Below, in pieces: positions 1 through 9,004 of a stretch of DNA of 64,000 bases. How positions within the stretch are numbered: position 1 is the first letter of the stretch; each line of letters starts with the position of its first letter. The notes under the pieces were generated by a model, which worked only from the letters and a program-made list of their open reading frames with translations, had not been told where the DNA came from and ran no database searches. The DNA is from Candidatus Eiseniibacteriota bacterium. Its GTDB lineage: Bacteria; Eisenbacteria; RBG-16-71-46; CAVPCR01. The DNA lies in the NCBI GenBank assembly GCA_963702435.1, contig CAVPCR010000001.1, forward strand, positions 1,440,001 through 1,504,000, in the 5' to 3' direction. Position numbers and translations under genes: made by a program.

Positions 1-1
1 C

Positions 2-898
2 CCGCTCGTGGACGACCAGGGGCGCATCGCCGGCCTCATCACCAAGAAGGACATCCTCCTCTCGCGGCAGCTCCCGTGGTCGAGCAAGGACGCGAAGGGC
101 CGGCTCCTCGTCGGCGCCGCGGTCGGGGCGCGCGGCGACTTCCTCGAGCGGGCCGTCGAGCTGGTGGCGGCCGGTGCGGATGCCATCTTGATCGACATCG
201 CACACGGGCACTCGCTCATCATGAAGGAAGCGGTCGACGCCTTCCGCCGGCGGCTCGGCGACGCAGAGCTCATCGCCGGCAACATCGGCACCGGCGAGGG
301 CGCGCGCTTCCTCGCCGGCCTGGGCGTCGACGGCATCAAGATCGGGATCGGCCCCGGGCGCGGCTGCCGCACGCGGCTCGAGACCGCGGCCGGGGTGCCG
401 CAGCTCCAGGCGGTGCGCGAGGCCTGGTGCGCGCTCGGCGACACGGTGCCGCTCATCGCCGACGGCGGCGCCCGGAACGACAAGGACATCTTCCTCGCCA
501 TCGCCTGCGGAGCCTCCGCGGTCATGCTCGGGAGCATGCTCTCGGGCACCGACGAGGCACCCGGGCACGTGATCGAGGACCCGGCCACGCGCGAGAAGCG
601 AAAGATCTACCGCGGCATGACCTCGCCGCAGGCGGTGTTCGAGACGCTCTACGACGAGGACGCCGGGGAACCGGACGCCGCCGGCCTCGCCGTCCCCGCC
701 GAGGGGCAGGAGGTCCAGATCCCCTACCAGGGAAGCGTCCTCTCCATCCTCCACCGCATCCGCGGACATCTGCGCTCGGCCGTGAGTTACAGCGGCGGGC
801 GGACGCTCGCCGAGGTGCGGGAGCGGATCGCTGCCGATCCGCTCCGCTACCTGATCCCGCTCTCCGCCGCGGCGCGCGGCGAGTCGTACGAGCGCTGA
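2..898 (+). CDS. IMP dehydrogenase/GMP reductase family protein (5' truncated by window edge)
   Basis: CBS-domain tail (PLVDDQGRIAGLIT) followed by IMPDH-family motifs IDIAHGHS, GIGPG..C.TR, IADGG, VMLGSMLSGTDEAPG, YRGM. Confidence 0.85.
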   Translation, partial: PLVDDQGRIAGLITKKDILLSRQLPWSSKDAKGRLLVGAAVGARGDFLERAVELVAAGADAILIDIAHGHSLIMKEAVDAFRRRLGDAELIAGNIGTGEGARFLAGLGVDGIKIGIGPGRGCRTRLETAAGVPQLQAVREAWCALGDTVPLIADGGARNDKDIFLAIACGASAVMLGSMLSGTDEAPGHVIEDPATREKRKIYRGMTSPQAVFETLYDEDAGEPDAAGLAVPAEGQEVQIPYQGSVLSILHRIRGHLRSAVSYSGGRTLAEVRERIAADPLRYLIPLSAAARGESYER

Positions 899-906
899 TT
901 TTCCTC

Positions 907-936
907 TTGGCGCGAGGCGCGCGCTTCGCGTATCAT
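907..936 (+). promoter_or_regulatory. Candidate sigma70 promoter for the ABC exporter leader
   Basis: TTGGCG-N18-TATCAT in the intergenic region. Confidence 0.4.
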
Positions 937-991
937 GCCCCGCACGTAGCAGTCACGGACAGCCCCGCGGCACCCAGCCCCAGGAGCACGG

Positions 992-1078
992 ATGACGATG
1001 AAGATCAACGTCTGCAACAAGTTCCAGGATCCGATCCTGGTTGCTTCCCTCCTCGGGGAGGCCGGGGGCATGGCCTAG
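992..1078 (+). CDS. Putative 28-aa leader peptide MTMKINVCNKFQDPILVASLLGEAGGMA
   Basis: AGGAG Shine-Dalgarno 5 nt before ATG; lies between the candidate promoter and a hairpin upstream of the ABC exporter; too short for the ORF track. Confidence 0.45.
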   Translation: MTMKINVCNKFQDPILVASLLGEAGGMA

Positions 1079-1109
1079 CCGGACGCTGATCAGAACGACG
1101 TCCCGTCGC

Positions 1110-1149
1110 GGCCCGCTCCCGACATCGGCGAGCGGGCTCGTTCATTTCT
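1110..1149 (+). terminator. Attenuator/terminator-like hairpin in the ABC exporter leader
   Basis: GCCCGCTC..GAGCGGGC stem followed by T-rich TCGTTCATTTCT. Confidence 0.45.
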
Positions 1150-1224
1150 GCCCGACCACTATCCACCCGCCCGCCGGCCCTCCCCGCAATTCGCAAGGGT
1201 TTCTCTGCTTCAAGAAGGCGGGCG

Positions 1225-3087
1225 ATGAACGCCAAGTACCGACTGATCTGGCAGCTCACGCGCGGCGAGCGCCGCCGCTACGGTGGCGCGCTCCTCGCGC
1301 TGGTCCTCGGCTCCTCGTGCCTGTACCTCGTGCCGCTCGTGCCGCAGGTGGTGCTCGACGGCGTGCTCGCGCGCGATCCGAGCCGCGCCGCGCCACTCGT
1401 CCGCCGAGTGATGGACCTCGCGGGCGGGCGCGAGCTCCTGCGCGCCCATCTCTGGCTCGCCGCCCTGGCGATCATCGCCCTCACCGCCGTGGCCGGCGCC
1501 TTCGCGTACCTGCGCGGGCGCTGGTCGGCGCTCGCGAGCGAGGCGATCGCGCGCCGGGTCCGCGACCGCCTGTTCGATCATCTCGCGCACCTGCCCGTGG
1601 CTTACCACGATCGGGCGGAGACGGGCGACCTGGTCCAGCGCTGCACGTCGGATGTCGAGACGCTCCGCCAGTTCCTCGCGAGCCAGGTGGTCGAGATCGG
1701 CCGGGCGGTGCTCATGCTGCTGGTGCCGCTCCCGCTCATGATCGCGCTCGAGCCGCGGCTCACGCTGGTGGCGGTGGTCTTCGTGCCGCCGATCGTGGCC
1801 TTCTCCCTCATCTTCTTCAGAAGGGCGAAGGCGCGGTTCAAGCTCGTGGACGAGGCCGAGAGCCGGATGACGAGCACGCTCCAGGAGAACCTGACCGGGA
1901 TCCGGGTCGTGCGCTCGTTCGCGCGCCAGGACTTCGAGAAGGAGAAGTTCGGCGAGCGGATACGCACCTATCGCGACCTCGACACCGGGTACTTCCGGCT
2001 CCTCGCCTGGTACTGGTCGGTCTCCGACTTCATGTGCCTCGGGCAGAAGGCGGTGCTCGTGGCCGTCGGCGGCCTCTGGCTGGCGCGCGGCGAGATCCCG
2101 GTCGGCACCTTCTACTTCTTTCTCGCGGCGGTGAACATGTTCATCTGGCCGATCCGCATGCTCGGCCGGATCCTGACCGAGCTCGGGAAGGCGACGGTGG
2201 CGATCGGGCGGATCGGGGAGATCCTCGAGCATCCGCGCGAGAGCGAGCCGGCCGCGCGCGGCGGCGATCCGCTCACGCTGTCCGGGGACCTCGTCTTCGA
2301 CCGGGTGAGCTTCGCCCACGCCGGCGGGCCGCCGGTGCTCGACCAGGTGTCGTTCGCGATCGGATCGGGGGAGACGCTCGCCTTGATCGGGCCCTCGGGC
2401 GCCGGCAAATCGACGATCGTCAACCTCCTGCTCCGCTTCTACGATCCGAGCGCGGGCTCGATCCGGCTCGACGGACGCGAGATCACGACCCTCGGGCGGC
2501 AGGCGCTCCGCGCCCAGGCCGCGATCGTGATGCAGGAGCCGTTCCTCTATGCGAAGACCCTGCGCGACAACATCCGTCTCGGGCGGGATAGCGCGCGCGA
2601 CGAGGAGATCGTCGCGGCGGCGAGCGCGGCCGCCGTGCACGATTCGATCGCCGCGTTCGAGGCGGGGTACGACACGCTGGTCGGCGAGCGCGGCGTCATG
2701 CTCTCGGGCGGCCAGCGGCAGCGGGTAGCGCTCGCCCGCGCGCTCGTGCGCGAGCCCGCGTTCCTCATCCTCGATGACGCGCTCTCGGCGGTGGATACCG
2801 AGACCGAGAGCCTGATCCTGGCCGCGCTTCGTGCGCGGCGCGGGCGGTACACGACGATCGTCATCGCGCACCGCCTGTCCACCCTCATGCACGCCGATCG
2901 GATCGTGGTGCTCGACCGGGGCCGCGTGGTCCAGGACGGGACGCACGAGAGCCTGGTCGCCGCCGACGGGCTCTATCGCCGGCTGTGGCGGATCCAGTCG
3001 GCGCTCGAGGACGATCTCCGGGAGGAGCCGGCGGCGACCGATGCGACACCGGCCGCTGCCACGCAGACCGCGGAGGTGACGAGATGA
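1225..3087 (+). CDS. ABC exporter, fused TMD-NBD subunit 1 (heterodimeric multidrug/lipid exporter type)
   Basis: N-terminal TM helices, Walker A GPSGAGKS, LSGGQ, degenerate Walker B ILDDALSAVD, AHRLST. Confidence 0.93.
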   Translation: MNAKYRLIWQLTRGERRRYGGALLALVLGSSCLYLVPLVPQVVLDGVLARDPSRAAPLVRRVMDLAGGRELLRAHLWLAALAIIALTAVAGAFAYLRGRWSALASEAIARRVRDRLFDHLAHLPVAYHDRAETGDLVQRCTSDVETLRQFLASQVVEIGRAVLMLLVPLPLMIALEPRLTLVAVVFVPPIVAFSLIFFRRAKARFKLVDEAESRMTSTLQENLTGIRVVRSFARQDFEKEKFGERIRTYRDLDTGYFRLLAWYWSVSDFMCLGQKAVLVAVGGLWLARGEIPVGTFYFFLAAVNMFIWPIRMLGRILTELGKATVAIGRIGEILEHPRESEPAARGGDPLTLSGDLVFDRVSFAHAGGPPVLDQVSFAIGSGETLALIGPSGAGKSTIVNLLLRFYDPSAGSIRLDGREITTLGRQALRAQAAIVMQEPFLYAKTLRDNIRLGRDSARDEEIVAAASAAAVHDSIAAFEAGYDTLVGERGVMLSGGQRQRVALARALVREPAFLILDDALSAVDTETESLILAALRARRGRYTTIVIAHRLSTLMHADRIVVLDRGRVVQDGTHESLVAADGLYRRLWRIQSALEDDLREEPAATDATPAAATQTAEVTR

Positions 3088-4964
3088 TGGATCACGAGAT
3101 GCAGGATGCGCCGCTCCGCGGCCTCGACCTGGCCCTCTGGCGGCGGCTCGTCGGGCATACCCGGCCCTATCGCCGGTCGCTCGCGGCGCTCGCCGCCTGC
3201 GGAGTCGTGCTCGCCGGTTTCGACGCGCTCCTCCCGCTCGTCACCGGGCGGATCATCGACTCGGCGACGGCCGGCGACCGGGCCGGGCTCGCGCGGAACG
3301 CGCTCTACTTCCTCGGCGTGGTGGCGACGATCTCCGCGCTCATCTGGGTCTTCATCGTGGTGGCCGGAGCCACTGCGGCGGCGATCGCGCACGATCTCCG
3401 CCGGGACGCCTTCGCGCGGCTCCAGGAGCTGTCCTTCTCGTTCTTCGACCGGCGGCCGGTGGGCTGGCTCATGGCGCGACTGACGTCCGACGCGAGCCGG
3501 TTGTCATCGGTCATCCCGTGGACCCTCCTCGACACCGTGTGGGGGCTCACGCTCGTTGCCGGCGTGGCCGGGCTCATGCTCGCGCTCGAGTGGCGGCTCG
3601 CGCTCCTCGTGCTCGTGATCGTGCCGCCGCTCGTGGTCGTGAGCGTCGTCTTCCAGAGGCGCCTGCTCCACTCGCAGCGGCTCATGCGCCGGATCAACTC
3701 GCAGCTCACGGCGAGCTTCAACGAGGCGATCGTCGGAGTGCGCACCACCAAGTCGCTGGGACGGGAGGCGGAGAGCCTCGGCGAGTTCCGCGCGCTCACG
3801 CGCGAGATGAACGCGGAAGCGGTCCGCAACGCGCTCACCGCGGCGGTCTATCTGCCGATCGTGCTCACGCTCGGGAGCGTCGGGGCCGGGCTCGCGCTCT
3901 GGCGGGGCGGCCTCGCGGTGGGCGAGATCGGTGCGGCGGGCTCCTCGCTCGCCGCGGGGCTCGCCGCCGTGACGGGCGGCGAGCGCATGAGCCTCGGCAT
4001 GCTCGTCGCGTTCATGCAGTACGCAGCGCTCTTCACCATCCCGATCCAGGAGATGGCGGAGCGCTTCACGCAGCTCCAGGCGGCGCAGGCCTCGGCCGAG
4101 CGGCTGCAGGGGCTTCTCGACACCGAGCCCGAGATCAAGGACTCGCCGGCGGTCGCCACGGCGACCGCAACGGCCGGAGGCGAGCGCGGGCCGGGCGCCG
4201 GGAAGATCGCGTCCGTCGAGTTCGCCAACGTCGACTTCGCCTATCACAGCGGAGAGGAGGTGCTTCGTGACTTCAACCTGCGCGTCGCCGCCGGCGAGAC
4301 GATCGCGCTCGTCGGCGCCACGGGCAGCGGCAAGTCGACGATCGTGAGCCTCCTCTGCCGCTTCTACGAGCCGACGGGCGGCGAGGTCCGGATCGACGGG
4401 AGGGACTACCGCGAGCGGGGCCTCCACTGGCTCCAGTCGCGGCTCGGCGTCGTGCAGCAGGTGCCGCACCTGTTCAGCGGCACGATCAGGGAGAACATCC
4501 GGTACGGGCGGCTCGCCGCCACCGACGAGGAGATCCTGGCGGCGGCCCGGCTCGCCAACGCCGATCGCTTCATCACGCAGATGCCCGAGGGCTATGAGAC
4601 CCCCGTCGGCGAGGGCGGGAGCCGGCTCTCGACCGGCCAGCGGCAGCTCGTCGCGCTCGCGCGCGCCGTGCTCGCCGACCCGGAGATCTTCGTTCTCGAC
4701 GAAGCGACCTCCGCGGTGGACACCGAGACGGAACGCCTGATCCAGGACGGGATCGAGAAGGTGCTGGCCGGGCGGCTGAGCTTCGTGATCGCGCACCGCC
4801 TCTCGACCATCCGCTCGGCGAGCCGGATCCTCGTCCTCGAGCGCGGGCGGGTGATCGAGGAGGGCGGTCACGCCGGGCTCCTCGCCCGGCACGGCGCCTA
4901 CTACCGGCTCTACACGAACCAGTTCGCGCGCGAGCGGGCCGAGGAGGTCCTCGCCGGGAGCTGA
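3084..4964 (+). CDS. ABC exporter, fused TMD-NBD subunit 2
   Basis: ATGA overlap with the previous stop; [23 protein letters not shown]. Confidence 0.93.
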   Translation: MMDHEMQDAPLRGLDLALWRRLVGHTRPYRRSLAALAACGVVLAGFDALLPLVTGRIIDSATAGDRAGLARNALYFLGVVATISALIWVFIVVAGATAAAIAHDLRRDAFARLQELSFSFFDRRPVGWLMARLTSDASRLSSVIPWTLLDTVWGLTLVAGVAGLMLALEWRLALLVLVIVPPLVVVSVVFQRRLLHSQRLMRRINSQLTASFNEAIVGVRTTKSLGREAESLGEFRALTREMNAEAVRNALTAAVYLPIVLTLGSVGAGLALWRGGLAVGEIGAAGSSLAAGLAAVTGGERMSLGMLVAFMQYAALFTIPIQEMAERFTQLQAAQASAERLQGLLDTEPEIKDSPAVATATATAGGERGPGAGKIASVEFANVDFAYHSGEEVLRDFNLRVAAGETIALVGATGSGKSTIVSLLCRFYEPTGGEVRIDGRDYRERGLHWLQSRLGVVQQVPHLFSGTIRENIRYGRLAATDEEILAAARLANADRFITQMPEGYETPVGEGGSRLSTGQRQLVALARAVLADPEIFVLDEATSAVDTETERLIQDGIEKVLAGRLSFVIAHRLSTIRSASRILVLERGRVIEEGGHAGLLARHGAYYRLYTNQFARERAEEVLAGS

Positions 4965-5003
4965 GAAGCGAGCGGCCGCAACGCCGGAACGGCCGGACAA
5001 GAC

Positions 5004-5037
5004 AAGGCCCCCGTCGGTAGTCGCCGGCGGGGGCCTT
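5004..5037. terminator. Hairpin between convergent genes
   Basis: AAGGCCCCCGTCGG..CCGGCGGGGGCCTT inverted repeat. Confidence 0.65.
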
Positions 5038-5123
5038 CGCTCACTTGTACTCAGTTTTTCGCGCCGGTCCGCGAATCGTTCTCACGACCCGTTCCGGCTC
5101 GCGAATAGTGGTCGTTCCGGTTT

Positions 5124-5444
5124 CTAGTGACCGCCGGCCGCATCCTTGACCGCCTCGCCGGCATCCTTGGTCGCCTCGCCGACCGCCTGGCCGGCATCCT
5201 TGGCCGCCTCACCGGTCGCCTGGGCCGCCTCGCCGACCGCTTCACCGGTCGCCTGGGCCGCCTCGCCGACGGCCTCCGTGGCAGCCTCACCGGCCGCGCC
5301 TACCGCCTCGCCCGCGCTCTGCGCGGCCTCGCCGGCCGCCTCCGCCGCCTTGTCCGCCGCCTGCTCGGACTTCTGGCCGCAAGCCAGGAACACCGAGCCG
5401 ACGATCAGCAACAGCGCCATCAGGATGATCCAAGACCGCTTCAT
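5124..5444 (-). CDS. Small Ala-rich lipoprotein with 11-aa (33-bp) tandem repeats
   Basis: MKRSWIILMALLLIVGSVFLAC lipobox, AAGGAG SD, repeated GEAVGEAAQAT units. Confidence 0.8.
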   Translation of the reverse strand: MKRSWIILMALLLIVGSVFLACGQKSEQAADKAAEAAGEAAQSAGEAVGAAGEAATEAVGEAAQATGEAVGEAAQATGEAAKDAGQAVGEATKDAGEAVKDAAGGH

Positions 5445-5684
5445 GACTCGCTCCTTCGAAGAGGGGATGGACGAACGCCGATCGCATTCTGGATCCGAGC
5501 CCGGCCCTGAGCGCGATCGTCTAGGCCCTCGGGGCGTTCGTGGCTGTTCTCCGCAGGGGCCCATTGACGGCGGGTACCATACAGCACAAGGGCGTTTCCT
5601 GCAAACCGGGGCCTGCTACCATCCCGCCACCCGCGATCCCGCCGGTCGCCACGGCCGGTACTCGACCCTGCGAGGTTCCACCGC

Positions 5685-7562
5685 ATGACGCCCGGGGCTC
5701 AGACCTTCTCCGCTGCCGCCGCCTCCGCTGCGAGCCCCGGGGCGCCCGGGGCGCCGGGGGCGCCGCTCCCCGATCCGCGCGCCGAGTACGAGCGCCGCCT
5801 CGCCGCGCGGCAGGAGGAGGTCCGCCGGCAAGGCCGCCGTGACTCGACGATCGCCAACCTCCGGCTCGCCGCCGGCCTCGCGGCGGCGGTCCTCGCCTGG
5901 TTCGTCCTCGTCCCGCAGTCGCTCCCGGCCGCCTGGCTCCTCGCGCCGATCGCCGCTTTCGCCGGGCTCGTCCTCGTCCACCTGCGGGTGCGGGCCGCGC
6001 TCGCGCGCGCGGAGCGGGCCGCCGATTTCTACGCCCGCGGGCGCGAGCGGCTCGCCGGGCACTGGGCGGGGTGCGGCGAGGCCGGCGAGCGCTTCCGCAC
6101 GGAGGAGCATCCGTACACCGCGGACCTCGATATCTTCGGGGCGGGCTCCCTCTTCGAGCTCCTCTGCACCGCGCGCACGAGCCGCGGCCAGGAAACGCTC
6201 GCCACCTGGCTCGCAGGGCCCGCCGCGCCGGAGATCGTCCGCGCCCGCCAGGCCGCGGTCGCCGAGCTTCGCCCCCGGCTCGATTTCCGCGAGGATCTCG
6301 CCGTGCTCGGGCCCGATGTGGAGGCCGGCGTCGTTCCGGAGGAGCTCCGGACCTGGGGCGCCGCCACCGTCCTGCTCGCGGCGCCCGGACTCCGGATCAC
6401 CGCCCTGGTCCTCGCCGCGCTCGGTATTGCCGCGCTTCTCGGCTGGCTCGGCTTCGGTCTCGCCCTCTGGCCCCTCGGCCTCGTCGCCCTCGCCGATCTC
6501 CTCCTCGAGCAGACCTTCAAGACCCGCGTCTCGCTCGCGCGCCACGAGGCCGATCGCGCCGCCGGCGAGCTCTCGCTCCTCGCGCATCTTCTCGCCCGGA
6601 TCGAGCGCGAGATCGAGCACGAGGAGGTGACGGCGCCGCACCTCCGCGCGCTCGCCGCCGCGCTCGCCACCGGCGGCGTGCCCGCTTCACGGCGGATCGC
6701 TCGCCTCGTGCGCCTGATCGAAATCGCCGACTCGCAGCACAATCTCTTCTTCGCGCCGCTCGCCTTCCTCCTCCAGTGGCGGCTCCATCTCGCCTTCGCC
6801 ATCGAGAGCTGGCGGCGCACGCACGGTCACGCGATCGCCGGCTGGCTCGATGCGGTTGGCGAGATCGAGGCCCTCGCCGCCCTCGCGAGCCATGGCTACG
6901 AGCATCCGGCGGACCCCTTCCCGGAACTCGAGGAGGACGGGCCGCTCTTCGCGGCGCGCGGCCTCGGCCATCCGCTCATCCCGGAGCGCGATGTCGTGCG
7001 GAACGATGTGCGTCTCGACGGCACCTGCCAGGTCCTCCTCGTGAGCGGATCCAACATGTCAGGGAAGAGCACGCTCCTGCGCACGGTCGGGGTGAACGCG
7101 GTTCTCGCGCTGGCCGGCGGCCCGGTGCGCGCCGAGCGCCTCGCGCTGTCGCCCCTTCGCGTGGGAGCGACCCTCGGCATCCACGATTCGCTCCAGGCCG
7201 GCGTTTCCCGCTTCTATGCCGAGATCACCCGGCTCAAGCAGCTCACCGAGCTCGCGCGCGGTCCCGCGACACTCCTCTTCCTCTGCGATGAGCTGCTCCA
7301 CGGCACCAACTCCCACGACCGGAGGATCGGAGCCGAGGCGATCGTCAGGAGCTTCATCGAGCGCGGAGCGATCGGGCTCGTCACCACCCACGATCTCGCG
7401 CTCGCCCACGTGGCGGACGCGCTGGCGCCGCGCGCCGCCAACGTGCACTTCGCGGACCATCTCGAGAACGGAGTGATGGTCTTCGATTACCGGATGCGGC
7501 CCGGCGTGGTCGAGAAGAGCAACGCCCTCGCCCTCATGCGCGCCGTGGGGCTCGAGGTCTGA
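5685..7562 (+). CDS. Membrane-anchored MutS domain V ATPase (MutS-related)
   Basis: TM segments; GSNMSGKST, SRFYAE, DELLHGTNS, TTHDL motifs. Confidence 0.9.
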   Translation: MTPGAQTFSAAAASAASPGAPGAPGAPLPDPRAEYERRLAARQEEVRRQGRRDSTIANLRLAAGLAAAVLAWFVLVPQSLPAAWLLAPIAAFAGLVLVHLRVRAALARAERAADFYARGRERLAGHWAGCGEAGERFRTEEHPYTADLDIFGAGSLFELLCTARTSRGQETLATWLAGPAAPEIVRARQAAVAELRPRLDFREDLAVLGPDVEAGVVPEELRTWGAATVLLAAPGLRITALVLAALGIAALLGWLGFGLALWPLGLVALADLLLEQTFKTRVSLARHEADRAAGELSLLAHLLARIEREIEHEEVTAPHLRALAAALATGGVPASRRIARLVRLIEIADSQHNLFFAPLAFLLQWRLHLAFAIESWRRTHGHAIAGWLDAVGEIEALAALASHGYEHPADPFPELEEDGPLFAARGLGHPLIPERDVVRNDVRLDGTCQVLLVSGSNMSGKSTLLRTVGVNAVLALAGGPVRAERLALSPLRVGATLGIHDSLQAGVSRFYAEITRLKQLTELARGPATLLFLCDELLHGTNSHDRRIGAEAIVRSFIERGAIGLVTTHDLALAHVADALAPRAANVHFADHLENGVMVFDYRMRPGVVEKSNALALMRAVGLEV

Positions 7563-7572
7563 AACGCGAGGT

Positions 7573-8688
7573 GTGAAAGAGCCCATGCCATCGACCCCCG
7601 TCCGCATCGCCCTCTTCGGGAACGGCTTCGCCCGCACGGTCATGCTGCCCTGCCTCCGGCATGTCGAGGGCGCGGTCGTCACCGGCATCGCGAGCCCGAA
7701 CCTCGAGCGTGCGCGGGCGACGGCCGTCGAGTTCGGGATCGAGCACGCGGCGGCCGATCACCGGGAGCTCCTCGCGATGGCGCGGCCCGATCTCGTCTTC
7801 GTAACGACGCCGCCGCACCGCCATCTCGAGATGTCCGTGGACGCCCTGGCCGCGGGCTGCCATGTGGTGTGCGAGAAGCCGACCGCGCTCGATGCCGGGG
7901 AATCGGCGGCCATGCTCGCAGCGGCCGCGCGCGCCCCCGGACGCCTCGCGCTGCTCGATCACGAGCTCCGCCTCGATCCGCGCCGGCGCGCGCTCGCCGC
8001 GCTCGTGCGCGAGGGAGCGCTCGGCGAGATCCTCCACGCCACCTACACGCTCACCTCGAGCTTCCGGCAGGACCCCGATCGGCCGTGGACCTGGTGGAGC
8101 GACCGCGCCCAGGGCGGCGGCGCCTGGGGGGCCATCGGATCGCATGCGGTGGACGCGCTGCGCGTGTATCTGGGCGAGGTGGCGGCGGCGCGCGGGCACC
8201 TCGCAACCGCGATCCCGGAGCGGCGCGATCCGGCGAGCGGCGCCCGGCGCGCGGTCACGAGCGACGATATCGCCGGGGCCTGGCTCCGCTTCGCGAGCGG
8301 GCCGGCGGCCACGATCGCGATCTCCCTCGTCGAGGGCGAGCGGCGGCATGAGATCGCGCTCGCCGGCACCAAGGGTGCCGCGCGCTGGATCGAGCAGGGG
8401 CCGCTCCTCGTGACCGGCGGCGCCGGCGGCGGCGGGAGCGGATGGCGCGAGGTGCCGGTCGCGGACGACCTTCCGGATTGCGCGACTCTCGGCATCCCGG
8501 AGACCGACTGGGCGCGCTCCTTCCTCCGTTACGCACGCGCGATCGTCGCCGCGCTCGGCGCTGGCCGGAGCGTGGTCGAGGGCGCCGCGACGTTCGAGGA
8601 CGGACATCGGAACCAGGAGGTGCTCGACGCAGTCCGCCGCTCCGCGGCGGCAGAGGCGTGGGTGCCCATCGCGCAACCGGCGGCCTGA
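7573..8688 (+). CDS. Gfo/Idh/MocA family oxidoreductase
   Basis: GNGFA Rossmann motif, HVVCEKP, GGGAWGAIGSH. Confidence 0.9.
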   Translation: MKEPMPSTPVRIALFGNGFARTVMLPCLRHVEGAVVTGIASPNLERARATAVEFGIEHAAADHRELLAMARPDLVFVTTPPHRHLEMSVDALAAGCHVVCEKPTALDAGESAAMLAAAARAPGRLALLDHELRLDPRRRALAALVREGALGEILHATYTLTSSFRQDPDRPWTWWSDRAQGGGAWGAIGSHAVDALRVYLGEVAAARGHLATAIPERRDPASGARRAVTSDDIAGAWLRFASGPAATIAISLVEGERRHEIALAGTKGAARWIEQGPLLVTGGAGGGGSGWREVPVADDLPDCATLGIPETDWARSFLRYARAIVAALGAGRSVVEGAATFEDGHRNQEVLDAVRRSAAAEAWVPIAQPAA

Positions 8689-8713
8689 CGGCCGCCAGAA
8701 GGGCTTGAAGACC

Positions 8714-8911
8714 ATGACCAGGAACATGGGCGGAATCGATCGCGGAATCCGGCTCGTTCTCGGCGCCGTCATCCTGTGGGCAGGGCTCGGCGGGGGCCAC
8801 TGGTGGGGCTGGATTGGTATCGTCCCCATCCTCACGGCGTTCGCCGGCAGGTGCCCGGCGTACGCTCCGTTCAAGATCTCGACCTGCTCGGTGAAGCGGC
8901 CGCAAACCTGA
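8714..8911 (+). CDS. DUF2892/YgaP-like small membrane protein
   Basis: NMGGIDRGIR ... G.CPAY..F.ISTC signature. Confidence 0.85.
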   Translation: MTRNMGGIDRGIRLVLGAVILWAGLGGGHWWGWIGIVPILTAFAGRCPAYAPFKISTCSVKRPQT

Positions 8912-8924
8912 GAGGCCCAAAGAA

Positions 8925-8962
8925 GAAGGCGATCCTCCTCATCGAAAGGAAGATCGCCTCCT
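8925..8962. terminator. Hairpin between convergent genes
   Basis: GAAGGCGATCCTCCT..AGGAAGATCGCCTCCT imperfect inverted repeat. Confidence 0.5.
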
Positions 8963-9004
8963 CAACTCAGCAACTCAGCGCCTGAACGCGCCGTCGTTTC
9001 CGCG

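Noticed and set aside
5300..5307. Other GGCGGTAG matches (5300-5307, 16139-16146, 59672-59679)
   Set aside because: They lie inside coding regions or antisense to them and lack the AGGGG extension and leader context; expected by chance at this GC content.
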